Numbered from the stretch's first letter, positions 41,971-53,343 are shown. The stretch: DNA of 64,000 nt from Desulfosudis oleivorans (GCA_020723325.1 DYJD01000003.1:39822-103821); one strand, 5' to 3'. A program made the numbers and translations. The notes: generated from the letters alone by a model not told the origin.

Positions 41971-43347
41971 ATGACAGATTTAAAGCCTGCTGAAATCGTA
42001 TTGGAACTGGATAAATACATCATCGGTCAGCAGCGCGCCAAGCGCTCGGTGGCCATTGCCCTGCGCAATCGCTGGCGCAGGCAGAAGGTGGAAGCGGAGC
42101 TGCGGGATGAGATCGCTCCCAAGAACATCATTCTCATCGGGCCCACCGGCGTGGGCAAGACCGAGATTGCCAGACGCCTGGCCAAATTGACGGATTCGCC
42201 GTTTTATAAAGTGGAAGCCTCCAAGTTTACCGAAGTGGGCTATGTGGGGCGGGACGTGGAGTCCATGGTCCGGGACCTTTTGGAAATGACCGTCAACCAG
42301 CTCAAATCCAAGGCCCAGGAAGCGGTGCAGGACAAGGCCCGCCAGATGGCCGAAGAGCGCATGCTGGATTTGCTGCTGCCCAAGACTCAAAACCCGAAAA
42401 CCACCAAGACCGAGGACGGCCGCGAGGCGCCCTTGGAACTGGTGACCGACAGCAGTACGGAAATCCGTTCCACCCGGGAAAAGCTGCGCCAGATGCTGCG
42501 CAACGGCAAGCTGGACAGCCGCTTTGTGGATTTGGATGTGACTGACCGCTCCATGCCCATGGTGGAGATTTTTTCCAGCGCCGGCATGGAGGAACTGGGG
42601 GTGAACCTGAAAGACATGTTCGGCAGCCTGCTGCCCCGCAACACCAAGCGGCGCAAGTTCAAGGTGCCCGAGGCCATGGAGATTCTGATTCAGGAGGAAG
42701 CCAAGGGTTTGGTGGACATGGACCTGGTGGTCAAGACCGCCATTGAAAAGGTGGAGCAGTCCGGGATCATTTTCCTGGACGAGATCGACAAGATCGTGGC
42801 CAAAGACGGCGGCGGTCACGGCCCGGATGTTTCCCGGGAGGGGGTTCAGCGGGATCTTTTGCCCATTGTGGAAGGCAGTGCGGTCACCACCAAATACGGC
42901 CAGGTCAAGACCGATCACATCCTGTTCATCGCCTCCGGCGCTTTTCATGCTTGCCGGCCTTCGGATTTGATTCCCGAGCTCCAGGGCCGCTTTCCCATCC
43001 GGGTGGAACTGGACGCCCTGGGGGCCGCGGAATTCGTACGCATCCTGACGGAACCGCGCAATGCCTTGATCCTCCAATATCTGGCCTTGCTGCGCACCGA
43101 AGGCGTGGAAGTGGTTTTTGAGGATGAGGCCGTGACCGCCATTGCCCGGGTGGCGGAGGAAGTCAACAGCCGCACGGAGAATATCGGGGCCCGCCGGCTG
43201 CACACCCTGATGGAAAAATTGCTGGAGGATGCCTTGTTCGACGCCCCGGATCTGACGCCCAAACGCCTGGTCATCGACGCCGCTTACGTGGAGCGCAAGC
43301 TCAAGGATATCCAAGCCAACGACGACTTGAGCCGGTTCATTTTATAG
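41971..43347 (+). CDS. hslU: ATP-dependent protease ATPase subunit HslU
   Basis: Walker [16 protein letters not shown], Walker [11 protein letters not shown], and the sensor region. Confidence 0.95.
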   Translation: MTDLKPAEIVLELDKYIIGQQRAKRSVAIALRNRWRRQKVEAELRDEIAPKNIILIGPTGVGKTEIARRLAKLTDSPFYKVEASKFTEVGYVGRDVESMVRDLLEMTVNQLKSKAQEAVQDKARQMAEERMLDLLLPKTQNPKTTKTEDGREAPLELVTDSSTEIRSTREKLRQMLRNGKLDSRFVDLDVTDRSMPMVEIFSSAGMEELGVNLKDMFGSLLPRNTKRRKFKVPEAMEILIQEEAKGLVDMDLVVKTAIEKVEQSGIIFLDEIDKIVAKDGGGHGPDVSREGVQRDLLPIVEGSAVTTKYGQVKTDHILFIASGAFHACRPSDLIPELQGRFPIRVELDALGAAEFVRILTEPRNALILQYLALLRTEGVEVVFEDEAVTAIARVAEEVNSRTENIGARRLHTLMEKLLEDALFDAPDLTPKRLVIDAAYVERKLKDIQANDDLSRFIL

Positions 43348-43359
43348 TGAGGAAAAACT

Positions 43360-44256
43360 ATGGTTGTTGAAAATTGTATCGAGCAGCCCAATGTGGCCGA
43401 CATTTTGGTGGAATCCCTGCCTTATATCCAGAAGTTTTACGGCAAGACCATCGTGGTGAAATACGGCGGGCATGCCATGGTGGATGAGCAGCTTAAAAAG
43501 GATTTCACCCGGGATGTGACCTTGCTGAAATATATCGGCGTCAATCCCGTGGTGGTGCATGGGGGCGGGCCCCAGATCAACACGGTGCTGGACCAGATGG
43601 GGATCTGTTCCAAATTCGTGCGGGGCATGCGCTTGACGGATGAACCCACCATGGATGTGGTGGAGATGGTGCTGGGGGGCAAACTCAACAAAGCCATTGT
43701 GGCCCAGATCAACCAGGCCGGCGGCAAGGCCGTGGGCTTGAGCGGCAAGGACGGGGCCCTGATCCAGGCCCGCAAGATGCACATCGTGTATCAGCCGGAC
43801 GCGGACAAGCCGCCGGAGATCATCGATCCGGGCCTGGTGGGGGAAGTGACGGAGATCAATCCGGAAATCATTCATACCCTGACCGCCAAAGGGTTCATCC
43901 CCATCATCGCGCCAGTGGGTACGGGCAAGGACGGCGAGACTTACAATATCAATGCCGATCTGGTGGCGGCCCATATCGCCGGCGCCATTTCCGCGGCCAG
44001 ACTGGTGTTTTTGACGGATGTGGACGGGGTCATGGATCGAGAGGGCGAGCTGATCACCTCCATCGAAGCCGAAACCATCCGGCGCATGGTGGCGGACGGC
44101 ACCATTACCGGCGGCATGATCCCCAAGATCGAATACGCCATGGCGGCCATCAATCAGGGGATCGAAAAGGTGCATATCATCAACGGCACCCGGCGCCATT
44201 CCCTGCTGCTGGAATTGTTTACGGATAAAGGCATCGGAACGGAGGTGACGGCATGA
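43360..44256 (+). CDS. argB: Acetylglutamate kinase
   Basis: VVKYGGHAM, VVVHGGGPQI, INADLVAA. Confidence 0.93.
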   Translation: MVVENCIEQPNVADILVESLPYIQKFYGKTIVVKYGGHAMVDEQLKKDFTRDVTLLKYIGVNPVVVHGGGPQINTVLDQMGICSKFVRGMRLTDEPTMDVVEMVLGGKLNKAIVAQINQAGGKAVGLSGKDGALIQARKMHIVYQPDADKPPEIIDPGLVGEVTEINPEIIHTLTAKGFIPIIAPVGTGKDGETYNINADLVAAHIAGAISAARLVFLTDVDGVMDREGELITSIEAETIRRMVADGTITGGMIPKIEYAMAAINQGIEKVHIINGTRRHSLLLELFTDKGIGTEVTA

Positions 44257-45440
44257 CGGCCAATCTCATCAAGCAAGCGGATAAAGTCCTGGCAGGCACC
44301 TATGGCCGCTTTCCCATTGTATTGAAAAAGGGCCAGGGCTGCAGGGTGGAAGATAACGACGGCAAATCCTATCTGGATTTTGTGGCCGGCATCGCGGTCT
44401 GCAACCTGGGTCATGCCCATCCGGCGGTGATCAAGGCCCTGATGGACCAAGCCCAGGAATTGTTCCACGTCTCCAACCTGTACTATACCGTGCCCCAGGT
44501 GGAGCTGGCAACTTTTTTGACTACCCATAGTTTTGCCGACCGGGTGTTTTTCTGCAACAGCGGGGCCGAGGCCAACGAGGCGGCCATCAAACTGGCCCGC
44601 AAGTACTTCAGCAGCAGGGGTGAAGACCGCTTCCGCATCATTGCCATGGAAAAGTCCTTTCACGGCCGCACCATGGGGACCTTGTCGGCCACCGGGCAGA
44701 AGAAAATCCAGGCCGGCTATGAACCGGTTTTGCCGGGTTTTGACTTTGCGCCTTTCAACGATATCGAAGCCCTGCGCCAGGCCATTACCCCCCTGACCTG
44801 CGCCGTGATGCTGGAACCGGTGCAAGGGGAGGGGGGCCTGCGCTGTCCCAGACCCGGCTATTTAAGAAAAGTCCGGGAGCTTTGCGATGAAAAGGATCTG
44901 CTCCTGATTTATGATGAGATCCAGACCGGTATCGGCCGCACCGGCAAACTTTTTGCGTACGAGCATGAAAATGTGGAGCCGGACATCATGACCCTGGCCA
45001 AGGCCCTGGGCAACGGTTTGCCCATCGGCGCCATGCTGGCCAGGGAAAGCGTGGCCTCGGCTTTTACGCCGGGCTCCCATGCCTCCACCTTCGGCGGCAC
45101 GCCCATCATCACCGCCGCGGCCCTGGCCACCCTGAAAACCATCATGGCCGAGGGGCTGGTGCAGCGCGCCTGGGAAACCGGGCAGTATTTCCGGAAAAGG
45201 TTGGAATGGCTTAAAAGCGAGCATGAGGTAGTGGAAGAAGTGCGCGGGATCGGCCTGCTTTTGGGTATCAAACTGAAATGCGCCGGCGCCGAAGTGGTGA
45301 AAGCCTGCATGCAAAAAGGCTTTTTGATCAATTGCGTCCAGGATCATATTTTGCGGTTCATTCCGCCCTTGATCATCACCCGGGAAGATATTGACGCGCT
45401 GATTGGTTGTTTGGATGAAGTGTTGGGTACTGAAAAGTGA
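44253..45440 (+). CDS. argD: Acetylornithine aminotransferase
   Basis: Class-III aminotransferase: FCNSGAEANEAAIKLARK, DEIQTGIGRTGK, and the PLP-Lys context TLAKALGNG. Confidence 0.9.
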   Translation: MTANLIKQADKVLAGTYGRFPIVLKKGQGCRVEDNDGKSYLDFVAGIAVCNLGHAHPAVIKALMDQAQELFHVSNLYYTVPQVELATFLTTHSFADRVFFCNSGAEANEAAIKLARKYFSSRGEDRFRIIAMEKSFHGRTMGTLSATGQKKIQAGYEPVLPGFDFAPFNDIEALRQAITPLTCAVMLEPVQGEGGLRCPRPGYLRKVRELCDEKDLLLIYDEIQTGIGRTGKLFAYEHENVEPDIMTLAKALGNGLPIGAMLARESVASAFTPGSHASTFGGTPIITAAALATLKTIMAEGLVQRAWETGQYFRKRLEWLKSEHEVVEEVRGIGLLLGIKLKCAGAEVVKACMQKGFLINCVQDHILRFIPPLIITREDIDALIGCLDEVLGTEK

Positions 45441-45447
45441 GGCTATT

Positions 45448-46368
45448 TTGAAAAAAGATATTTTAACTTTGTTTGATCTGGAAAAAGCGGATTTTGAATT
45501 GCTTTTTCAGGAAGCCGCGGAATTGAAAGCCCGGCGCAAAATGGGCATTGTGGAGCATGTGCTGGCCGGCAAGTCCCTGGGCCTGATTTTTGAAAAACCC
45601 TCCACCCGCACCCGCATCTCCTTTGAGACCGCCATGATTCAGTTGGGCGGCACGCCCATCTTCATCAGCGCCAATGATACCCAGATCGTGCGCAACGAGC
45701 CGGTCATGGATACGGCCCGGGTCTTGTCCCGCTTTATCGACGGCATTGCCATCCGCACCTTTTCCCAGGATCTTTTGGAAGGCTTCGCCGAGTTTTCCAC
45801 CATCCCGGTGATCAATGCCTTGACAGATATGTATCATCCCTGTCAGATCCTGAGCGATCTGATGACCGTGATCGAATGCAAAGGCGGGTATGACGGTGTC
45901 AAGATCGCCTGGGTGGGGGACGGCAACAATGTGGCCCATTCCTGGATCAATGCGGCCACCGTGCTGGGTTTCGGCCTGACCCTGGCTTGCCCGGAAGGCT
46001 ATGAGCCCAATAAAACGGTTTTGGAAAAGGCCCGGGCCAAGGGCGGCACCCACATCAAGATCACCCAGGACCCGGCGGAAGCAGTGCGGGATGCGGATGT
46101 GATCTATACGGATGTATGGGCCAGCATGGGCCAGGAGCGTGAGCAGAATCTCCGCAAGAAGGTGTTCCAGCCCTATCAAGTGAACTCCGCCCTGTTGGAG
46201 AAAGCCCCCAAGGAGGTCGTCATCATGCACTGTCTGCCGGCCCACCGGGGCGAGGAAATCAGCGACAAGGTCCTGGAAGGGCCCCGCTCGGTGGTCTGGG
46301 ACCAGGCCGAAAACAAGCTGCATATGCACAAGGCCATTCTGAAAGTGTTGTTGACCAGAAAGGAGTAA
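45448..46368 (+). CDS. argF: Ornithine carbamoyltransferase
   Basis: [24 protein letters not shown] and [15 protein letters not shown] start at 45448 after the argD stop. Confidence 0.9.
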   Translation: MKKDILTLFDLEKADFELLFQEAAELKARRKMGIVEHVLAGKSLGLIFEKPSTRTRISFETAMIQLGGTPIFISANDTQIVRNEPVMDTARVLSRFIDGIAIRTFSQDLLEGFAEFSTIPVINALTDMYHPCQILSDLMTVIECKGGYDGVKIAWVGDGNNVAHSWINAATVLGFGLTLACPEGYEPNKTVLEKARAKGGTHIKITQDPAEAVRDADVIYTDVWASMGQEREQNLRKKVFQPYQVNSALLEKAPKEVVIMHCLPAHRGEEISDKVLEGPRSVVWDQAENKLHMHKAILKVLLTRKE

Positions 46369-46373
46369 AAACC

Positions 46374-47573
46374 GTGTCTGATATTAAAAAAGTAGTACTG
46401 GCGTATTCCGGCGGCCTGGATACCTCCGTGATTCTGAAATGGCTGGCGGAAACCTATCAATGTGAAGTGATCGCCTTCTCCGCCGATATCGGCCAGGAGG
46501 AGGAGCTGGCCAGCATCAAAGAAAAAGCTCTTAAAACCGGCGCCTCCAAGGTATACGTGGATGATCTTCAGGAAGTCTTTGTGCGGGACTATGTGTTTCC
46601 GGCCTTTCGGGCCAATGCCATTTATGAAGGCCAGTATCTGTTGGGCACCTCCATAGCCCGCCCCCTGATCGCCAAACGCCAGATGGAAATCGCGGCCGCG
46701 GAAGGCGCCGACGCCGTCAGCCACGGCGCCACCGGCAAAGGCAATGACCAGGTGCGCTTTGAACTGACCTATATGGCCCATGATCCCCATATCCGCATCA
46801 TCGCCCCCTGGCGGGAATGGAATTTGAATTCCCGTTCGGATCTCATGGAATTCGCCGCCAAGCACGGCATTCCCGTGCCCACCACGCCCAAAAAGCCTTA
46901 CAGCAGCGACCGCAATTTGCTGCATATCAGCTATGAGGGCGGCATTCTGGAAGATCCCTGGAGCGCCCCGCCCGAGGACATGTTCACCCTGACAGTCTCC
47001 CCCCAGGCAGCGCCGGATCAACCGGAAATCATCGAGATCACCTATCACCAGGGGGACCCCACGGCGGTGAACGGCAAAAACCTGTCGCCGGCCGCATTGC
47101 TCAAGGAGTTGAATCGGCTGGGCGGCCGCCACGGCATCGGCCGGGCCGATATTGTGGAAAATCGTTTCGTGGGCATGAAGTCCCGGGGAGTGTATGAAAC
47201 TCCGGGCGGCACCATCCTGCGCGCCGCCCACATGGCCATGGAATCCATCACCATGGACCGGGAAGTGCTGCATCTGCGGGATTCCCTGATCCCCCAATAC
47301 GCCCGGATCATCTACTACGGTTTCTGGTTCTCGCCGGAGATGAAATTGCTTCAAAGCATGATGGATCAGGCCCAGCAGAATGTCAGCGGCGTGGTCCGGC
47401 TGGAACTTTATAAAGGCAATGTGCGCGTGCTGGGACGCAAGTCGGAGCGCTCCCTATACAGCGCCGATCATGCCACGTTTGAGCGTGATCAGGTCTATCG
47501 CCAGAAGGACGCGGAAGGTTTCATCCGGCTGAATGCCCTGCGTCTTCGAATCCAAAAATTGATGAGCAAATGA
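46374..47573 (+). CDS. argG: Argininosuccinate synthase
   Basis: [28 protein letters not shown] start. Confidence 0.95.
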   Translation: MSDIKKVVLAYSGGLDTSVILKWLAETYQCEVIAFSADIGQEEELASIKEKALKTGASKVYVDDLQEVFVRDYVFPAFRANAIYEGQYLLGTSIARPLIAKRQMEIAAAEGADAVSHGATGKGNDQVRFELTYMAHDPHIRIIAPWREWNLNSRSDLMEFAAKHGIPVPTTPKKPYSSDRNLLHISYEGGILEDPWSAPPEDMFTLTVSPQAAPDQPEIIEITYHQGDPTAVNGKNLSPAALLKELNRLGGRHGIGRADIVENRFVGMKSRGVYETPGGTILRAAHMAMESITMDREVLHLRDSLIPQYARIIYYGFWFSPEMKLLQSMMDQAQQNVSGVVRLELYKGNVRVLGRKSERSLYSADHATFERDQVYRQKDAEGFIRLNALRLRIQKLMSK

Positions 47574-47580
47574 GGCAGGC

Positions 47581-48969
47581 ATGAAAGAAAAACCATGGGC
47601 CGGCAGATTTTCGGAAAAGACCGATACCAGCGTGGAGGCCTTCACTTCTTCCATTCAAGTGGACAAACGCCTGTATGTCCATGATATTGAGGGCAGCAGC
47701 GCCCATGCGCGCATGCTGGCCAAGGCCGGCATCATCACGGACGACGATGCCGCGGCCCTGATTCAAGGTTTGGGAGAGATCAAACGGGAAATCGAACGGG
47801 GCAAATTTGTCTTTGACGACAAGTTGGAAGACATCCACATGCATGTGGAAAGCGCCCTGACCCAAAAGCTGCCCAAGATCGCGGCCAAGCTGCACACGGC
47901 CCGCAGCCGCAACGATCAGGTGGCGGTGGACGTGCGCCTGTATCTGAAGGAACAGATCCAACTGATTATAGGTCATTTGAAAAGTTTCCGGCGGGTGATC
48001 GTCAAGCTGGCCAAGGCCAACCTGGAAGTGATCATGCCTGGTTATACCCATTTGCAGCGCGCCCAGCCGGTGCTTTTGTCCCACCATCTCATGGCTTATT
48101 ATGAGATGTTCAGCCGGGATGCGGAGCGGTTCAAGGATGGCCTGAAGCGCGTGGATGTGAACCCCCTGGGGAGTGCGGCCCTGGCCGGCACCACTTATCC
48201 CATTGAGCGGGAATTCACCACCGAGCAGCTCCATTTTGCCCGGATGTCCGGCAACAGCATCGACGCGGTGTCCGACCGGGATTTCATCATGGAATTCCTG
48301 GCCGCGGCCAGCATCTGCATGGTGCATTTTTCGCGCATGTCCGAGGAATTGATCCTATGGTCCTCATCGGAATTCGCTTTCATTGAATTGCCGGATGCCT
48401 TTGCCACGGGCAGCAGCATCATGCCCCAGAAGAAAAATCCGGATGTGCCCGAGCTGATCCGGGGGAAAACCGGCCGGGTCTTCGGCAACCTCATGGCCTT
48501 GTTGACCATCATGAAAGCCCTGCCCCTGGCCTACAACCGGGATATGCAGGAAGACAAGGAGCCGTTGTTCGATACCGTGGATACGCTCAAGGCCTGTCTG
48601 GAGATCAGTATCAAGATGCTGCCGAAAATCACTGTTAAAGCAGAGCGGATGGCCCAGGCGGCACAGGGCGGTTTTTTAAACGCCACGGATCTGGCCGACT
48701 ACCTGGTCACCAAAGGCCTGCCTTTTCGCGATGCCCATGGCTGCGCCGGCAAGGCCGTGGGTTATGCCCTGGGCTGCGGCAAAGAACTGCACGAGCTCAG
48801 CCTGGAGGAAATGCGCACCTTTTCCAACTTGATCGGTGAGGATGTTTTTCCATTCCTGACGCTGGAAAAAATGATCGAGCGGCGCAAGTCCCATGGGGGC
48901 ACGGCCGGGAGGAATGTGGCGGCGGCTGTTAAGGCGGCGGAAAAGGCACTCAGTGAAACTGAATCGTAA
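47581..48969 (+). CDS. argH: Argininosuccinate lyase
   Basis: GSSIMPQKKNPD signature. 462 aa. Confidence 0.95.
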   Translation: MKEKPWAGRFSEKTDTSVEAFTSSIQVDKRLYVHDIEGSSAHARMLAKAGIITDDDAAALIQGLGEIKREIERGKFVFDDKLEDIHMHVESALTQKLPKIAAKLHTARSRNDQVAVDVRLYLKEQIQLIIGHLKSFRRVIVKLAKANLEVIMPGYTHLQRAQPVLLSHHLMAYYEMFSRDAERFKDGLKRVDVNPLGSAALAGTTYPIEREFTTEQLHFARMSGNSIDAVSDRDFIMEFLAAASICMVHFSRMSEELILWSSSEFAFIELPDAFATGSSIMPQKKNPDVPELIRGKTGRVFGNLMALLTIMKALPLAYNRDMQEDKEPLFDTVDTLKACLEISIKMLPKITVKAERMAQAAQGGFLNATDLADYLVTKGLPFRDAHGCAGKAVGYALGCGKELHELSLEEMRTFSNLIGEDVFPFLTLEKMIERRKSHGGTAGRNVAAAVKAAEKALSETES

Positions 48970-48980
48970 GAACTATATAT

Positions 48981-49204
48981 GGTTATTGTTTTGATCACAA
49001 ATAACTAAGCTCGAATGTCGAAATCCGAAATTCGAAACAAATTCGAAATTTTAATGACAAAATTACCCAAACAGCAAACCTTGGTTCAATGGCTTGATTA
49101 TTTACCGAGGCGTTTTTTTTTGAATTTTAGTAATTCGAATTTGTTTCGTATTTCGATATTCGAATTTCGGATTTTCCTGGCGGGCTGAAGCGATGATCGA
49201 AGCC
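48981..49204. repeat. AT-rich long-hairpin element, family 1, copy D
   Basis: GCTCGAATGTCGAAATCCGAAATTCGAAACAAATTCGAAATTTTAATG ... TTGAATTTTAGTAATTCGAATTTGTTTCGTATTTCGATATTCGAATTTCGGATTTTCC. The terminus is GGGCTGAAGCGATGATCGAAGCC. Confidence 0.85.
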
Positions 49205-49663
49205 AATCGAGCCATAAAAGTTATCTGTTTATCCATTACCGGTCTTTTACTAGTGCAGGGCTTTGTGGCTTGCGGCAAGAAGGGGCCGCCGGTGGCGCCC
49301 CAGGGGTTGAAATTGCAGGCGGTTACGGATTTGCGGGCCGAGGTTGCGGGTTGCGAGGCGGTTTTGCGCTGGACCATTCCACGGGGCGGGGATAATGCGG
49401 CCCTGCTTGGGTTTGACCTGCAGCGGGCCGAGCAGGACCCGGCCGGGACGGGGTGCCCGGATTGTCCGCTGACTTTCCGGCCGGCCGGCCGGATTGATAT
49501 AAAGGCCGGCACCCATGGCCAGCCTGAACAAATGGCTTATCGAATAAAAGGAACTTGCGGCTTTCGCTATTTTTATAAAGTCGCGGGTTTTGCGGACCGG
49601 GATGTGCATAGTCCGGATTCCAATGTGGTGCGGTTTGAGCTGGGAAGGCCCCATGAAGAATAG
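49193..49663 (+). CDS. Predicted lipoprotein
   Basis: Signal/lipobox LLLVQGFVAC followed by GKKGPP. The ATG lies inside the terminal repeat of element copy D. Confidence 0.6.
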   Translation: MIEANRAIKVICLSITGLLLVQGFVACGKKGPPVAPQGLKLQAVTDLRAEVAGCEAVLRWTIPRGGDNAALLGFDLQRAEQDPAGTGCPDCPLTFRPAGRIDIKAGTHGQPEQMAYRIKGTCGFRYFYKVAGFADRDVHSPDSNVVRFELGRPHEE

Positions 49664-50168
49664 GGAAGTTGCCTATATCTCCTTCGGCTCCAACATGGGG
49701 GACCGGGAAAAGAATTGCCGCCTGGGTATTGAAATGCTGGCTTGCGTAAGCGATGTTGAAGTCAAGGCCCGCTCCAAGTTGTACCAGACCTCGCCGGTGG
49801 ATTTTCAGGACCAGGATTGGTTTGTCAACGGAGCTTTAAAGCTGGAAACCGCTTTGCCGCCTTTGGAATTGCTGGTGATCCTGAAAAATATTGAGCGGTC
49901 CGCCGGCCGGGAAAAAGCGCCGGTAAAGTTCGGGCCGCGCATACTGGATATGGATATCGTGCTGTACGGCCGACACATCGTGAATTCTGAGGAACTGATC
50001 ATTCCCCATCCACGCATGCATAAAAGAGGCTTTGTACTCCAACCACTTTGTGATATAGATCCGAATATTGTGCATCCGCTCATGCAAAAAAGCGTGCGTT
50101 ATTTGCTGGATCATTTACATGACGAGAGTCAGAAAGTCTGGGCCTATCCATGTTCCGCTTCATCCTGA
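49653..50168 (+). CDS. folK: 2-amino-4-hydroxy-6-hydroxymethyldihydropteridine diphosphokinase
   Basis: Start at ATG 49653. AYISFGSNMGD...RFGPRILDMDIVLY...IPHPRMHKRGFVLQPL. Confidence 0.88.
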   Translation: MKNREVAYISFGSNMGDREKNCRLGIEMLACVSDVEVKARSKLYQTSPVDFQDQDWFVNGALKLETALPPLELLVILKNIERSAGREKAPVKFGPRILDMDIVLYGRHIVNSEELIIPHPRMHKRGFVLQPLCDIDPNIVHPLMQKSVRYLLDHLHDESQKVWAYPCSASS

Positions 50169-50413
50169 TCATTGCCCTTGCCTATCTCGGGTTTAAGGTT
50201 TATAAGGCCTGGCGCGCCATTCAGGCCGGCGGCCGGCGGGCCATGGAAGGCAGCAGTGCTGCCGGCCGCATTGATGATATCATGGTGAAGGACCCTAATT
50301 GCCAGGTGTATTTTCCCAAGCGTAAAGGCATTGCCATGACGGTCAATGGGGAAGAGCTGTATTTTTGCAGTGAGCAGTGCCGGGATCAGTATCGGGCGAA
50401 ACAATCGCCGTAA
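50150..50413 (+). CDS. Small membrane protein with a YHS/TRASH-like C-terminal Cys motif
   Basis: N-terminal TM segment FILIIALAYLGF. The C-terminus has CQVYFP...YFCSEQCRDQY. Confidence 0.55.
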   Translation: MFRFILIIALAYLGFKVYKAWRAIQAGGRRAMEGSSAAGRIDDIMVKDPNCQVYFPKRKGIAMTVNGEELYFCSEQCRDQYRAKQSP

Positions 50414-50440
50414 TCATTATTTTGCAGGAGGTTTGATTCC

Positions 50441-51085
50441 ATGAAATTTTTTATCGACACGGCCAATATCAACGAAATCAAGGAAGCCCACCGCATGGGG
50501 ATGGTGGACGGCGTCACCACCAATCCTTCATTGATTGCCAAGGAAGGCGGTGACTTTGAAAGCATTATCAAAGAGATCTGCCAAATCGTTGACGGCCCCA
50601 TCAGCGCCGAGGTGATCAGCCTGGAAACCGACGGGATGGTCAAAGAGGCCCGTAAACTGGCTAAAATCCATGCGAACATCGTTGTTAAAGTCCCCATGAC
50701 CGTGGATGGAATCAAGGCCACGCGCATCTTATTCGAAGAAGAAATCAAGACCAATGTCACCCTGGTTTTTTCGCCCTTGCAGGCCCTGATGGCGGCCAAG
50801 GCCGGCGCCACCTATGTCAGTCCCTTTGTGGGCCGCCTGGATGACTTGTCCCAGGAAGGAATGGTATTGGTGGAGCAGATCATCCAGATTTTCGACAACT
50901 ATGCCTATGAAACCGAAGTGATCGTGGCCAGCGTGCGCAATCCCCTGCACATTCTGGAAGCTGCCATGATGGGTGCGGATATTGCCACGATTCCTTTCAA
51001 CGTCCTGAGTCGTCTGGCCAGCCATCCCATGACCGACAAAGGCATTGAGGCCTTTTTATCCGATTGGAAAAAGGCCAAAAAATAG
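50441..51085 (+). CDS. Transaldolase-type-3B / fructose-6-phosphate aldolase family protein
   Basis: [22 protein letters not shown], and VKVPMT with the Schiff-base Lys. 214 aa. Confidence 0.9.
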   Translation: MKFFIDTANINEIKEAHRMGMVDGVTTNPSLIAKEGGDFESIIKEICQIVDGPISAEVISLETDGMVKEARKLAKIHANIVVKVPMTVDGIKATRILFEEEIKTNVTLVFSPLQALMAAKAGATYVSPFVGRLDDLSQEGMVLVEQIIQIFDNYAYETEVIVASVRNPLHILEAAMMGADIATIPFNVLSRLASHPMTDKGIEAFLSDWKKAKK

Positions 51086-51124
51086 GTTGCACATTTTTCC
51101 GGACAGACCGGCTTACGGGGTTAC

Positions 51125-51697
51125 ATGCACATGTCACAGTGGGAACGTCTTCAAAAAAAAATCAGTGATCCTAATTTTCTGACGCTATTCCGCATGGCCA
51201 GCAGTTTTTTTATCATGCTGTTGTTGCTCTGGCCCAATAAGGCGACCACTTTTGCGTCGGCCTTGTTGTTCAGCATAGCGTCCATTACTGATTATCTGGA
51301 TGGTTATTTTGCCAGACGGGATGGTTTGACCTCCAATTTCGGCAAGGCCATGGATCCGCTGGCGGATAAATTGATCGTTTCCACGGCCCTGATCATGATG
51401 ACTTCCCATGGGTGGGTGCCGGGCTGGATGACCTGCACCATCATCGGCCGGGAAATTGCCGTGACCGGCCTGCGCAACGTGATCGCCGAGCACGGCGAGG
51501 ACATTGCCGCATCCAATTTGGGCAAATATAAAACCGGCTTTCAGATCGCGTCTATTATTCCGCTATTATTGAATTATTCATATTTCGGCCTGAATTTTCA
51601 CGCCATCGGGATGGTGCTGTTGTGGGGGGCCCTGGTGTACACCCTCTGGTCCGGGGCGGACTATTTTTTCCGGTTCAGACGACTTTTGGAAAAATGA
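51125..51697 (+). CDS. pgsA: CDP-diacylglycerol--glycerol-3-phosphate 3-phosphatidyltransferase
   Basis: CDP-alcohol phosphatidyltransferase motif DGYFARR-x8-G-x3-DPLADK. Polytopic protein. Confidence 0.88.
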   Translation: MHMSQWERLQKKISDPNFLTLFRMASSFFIMLLLLWPNKATTFASALLFSIASITDYLDGYFARRDGLTSNFGKAMDPLADKLIVSTALIMMTSHGWVPGWMTCTIIGREIAVTGLRNVIAEHGEDIAASNLGKYKTGFQIASIIPLLLNYSYFGLNFHAIGMVLLWGALVYTLWSGADYFFRFRRLLEK

Positions 51698-51750
51698 TCG
51701 ATTTACTATTGACAAGCGCACTTCAACAGGTTAGAAGGGGTGCTTGTTGA

Positions 51751-51825
<75 letters not shown>

Positions 51826-51839
51826 TTTTTTTTTTAACG

Positions 51840-51914
51840 GGCGGCATAGCCAAGTGGTAAGGCATCGGTCTGCAAAACCGACACTCTCCGGTTCAAATCC
51901 GGATGCCGCCTCCA
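51840..51914 (+). tRNA. tRNA-Cys (anticodon GCA)
   Basis: Acceptor GGCGGCA/TGCCGCC, anticodon stem TCGGT/ACCGA with loop CTGCAAA, T-arm TCCGG-TTCAAAT-CCGGA, encoded CCA. Confidence 0.95.
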
Positions 51915-51927
51915 GGTAGAATGGAAA

Positions 51928-51958
51928 GGCCTGCAAGTTGCTAACTTGCGGGCCTTTT
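51928..51958 (+). terminator. Rho-independent terminator after the tRNA pair
   Basis: GGCCTGCAAGTT-GCT-AACTTGCGGGCC (12-bp stem) followed by TTTT. Confidence 0.75.
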
Positions 51959-51974
51959 GTATATTGGAAGTACT

Positions 51975-52185
51975 GGCAGCCCGTTGTGTTGGTGGAAAAT
52001 CCGAAATACGAATATCGAAATACGAAACAAATTCGAATTACAAAAATTCAAATAGAAAATCATTGGCAAAAAGTCGGACCGTGGCAACTGGTTTTTGTTT
52101 TGGTCATTGACATTTTGAATTTGTTTCGGATTTCGGATTTCGATATTCGTATTTTACTAGTTGTGGCTAATACCATGGTGTAACC
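51975..52185. repeat. AT-rich long-hairpin element, family 1, copy E
   Basis: GAAAATCCGAAATACGAATATCGAAATACGAAACAAATTCGAATTAC ... TTGAATTTGTTTCGGATTTCGGATTTCGATATTCGTATTTT. Confidence 0.85.
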
Positions 52186-52203
52186 AGATTTTCAGGGGGA
52201 AAA

Positions 52204-53232
52204 ATGTCGAACCTCACCATTGCCTTCCTTTACAATGTCCGGCATCAATATCCGGACCCCAGCCGGCCCGCCACCCAGCTCGAAACCGATTTTGATGACC
52301 CGGAAACCATCGAAGCCATGGTGGCGCATCTGCGCCGGTGCGGCTATACCGTCATTCCCATAGAGGCCGGCCCGGAGGCGTATTTACAACTTTATGAACA
52401 GCGCGCCCGCATCGACCTGGGGTTCAACTACTCCATGGGCCTGTACGGCAGTGCCCGCTATGCCCAACTGCCGGCCATGCTGGAGATGTTGCGGTTGCCC
52501 TACACCGGCTCCGATCCCCTGACCCAGGCCCTGGTCATGAACAAGGCGCGCATGCAGGAAGTTCTTGCGGCCCATGGCGTTGCCGTGCTGCCCTCCCAGG
52601 TCTTTCAGGACGGAGCAGAGCCCTTGCAGAAAGGTCTTGCCTTCCCCCTGATCGTCAAGCCATTGGCCCAGGGATCATCTGCCGGCATCACCGCCGAAAG
52701 CATTGTGCATGATCCAAGCCGGTTGGCCAAGCAGGTCCGGCACGTGATCGCCACTTTCGGGGAACCGGCCCTGGTTCAGCCTTTTTTGGACGGCCGGGAA
52801 TTTTCCATCCCCATGCTGGGAAATCCCCCTGAAATTTTTCCGGCCATTGAGCCGGATTTTGCGCGGTTGCCCAAGGAATATGTGCCCATAGACTCCCTGG
52901 AAGTGAAATGGATTTTCGAGGAGCAGAGCGAAGCCCATCATCTGGTGTGTCCGGCCCAATTGGACGAGCCCCTAAAGCAAAAGCTCCACAACCTGGTGCT
53001 GGCAGCCTGGAAGGCCCTGGGAATCCGGGATCTATGCCGCATCGACCTGCGTTGCGATAGCAACGGCAATCCTTACGTGATCGATGTCAACTCCCCGCCG
53101 GGGCTGATCCCGCCGGAAAGGTCCATGACTTCTTACTTTCCGCTGTCCGCAAGGTCGGCAGGGATCGGTTATGAAGAACTGCTGATCAAAATAGTGGAAA
53201 GCGCTTTGTCCCGATACAGATTCCCATACTAA
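52204..53232 (+). CDS. ATP-grasp enzyme, D-alanine--D-alanine-ligase-like
   Basis: Ddl-like layout: small N-domain, then PLIVKPLAQGSSAGI, and a C-terminal RIDLR...VIDVNSPPGL Mg/ATP region. Confidence 0.75.
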   Translation: MSNLTIAFLYNVRHQYPDPSRPATQLETDFDDPETIEAMVAHLRRCGYTVIPIEAGPEAYLQLYEQRARIDLGFNYSMGLYGSARYAQLPAMLEMLRLPYTGSDPLTQALVMNKARMQEVLAAHGVAVLPSQVFQDGAEPLQKGLAFPLIVKPLAQGSSAGITAESIVHDPSRLAKQVRHVIATFGEPALVQPFLDGREFSIPMLGNPPEIFPAIEPDFARLPKEYVPIDSLEVKWIFEEQSEAHHLVCPAQLDEPLKQKLHNLVLAAWKALGIRDLCRIDLRCDSNGNPYVIDVNSPPGLIPPERSMTSYFPLSARSAGIGYEELLIKIVESALSRYRFPY

Positions 53233-53343
53233 AACAGTCAACTTTCTAATTTCTTGACGGAATATACCGAAAGGTGGTAGACACCTTTTTTTGTTTGATC
53301 TTCTGGCAACCCCAAGCCCTCATAAAGGGAAAAGGAAGCAGAT

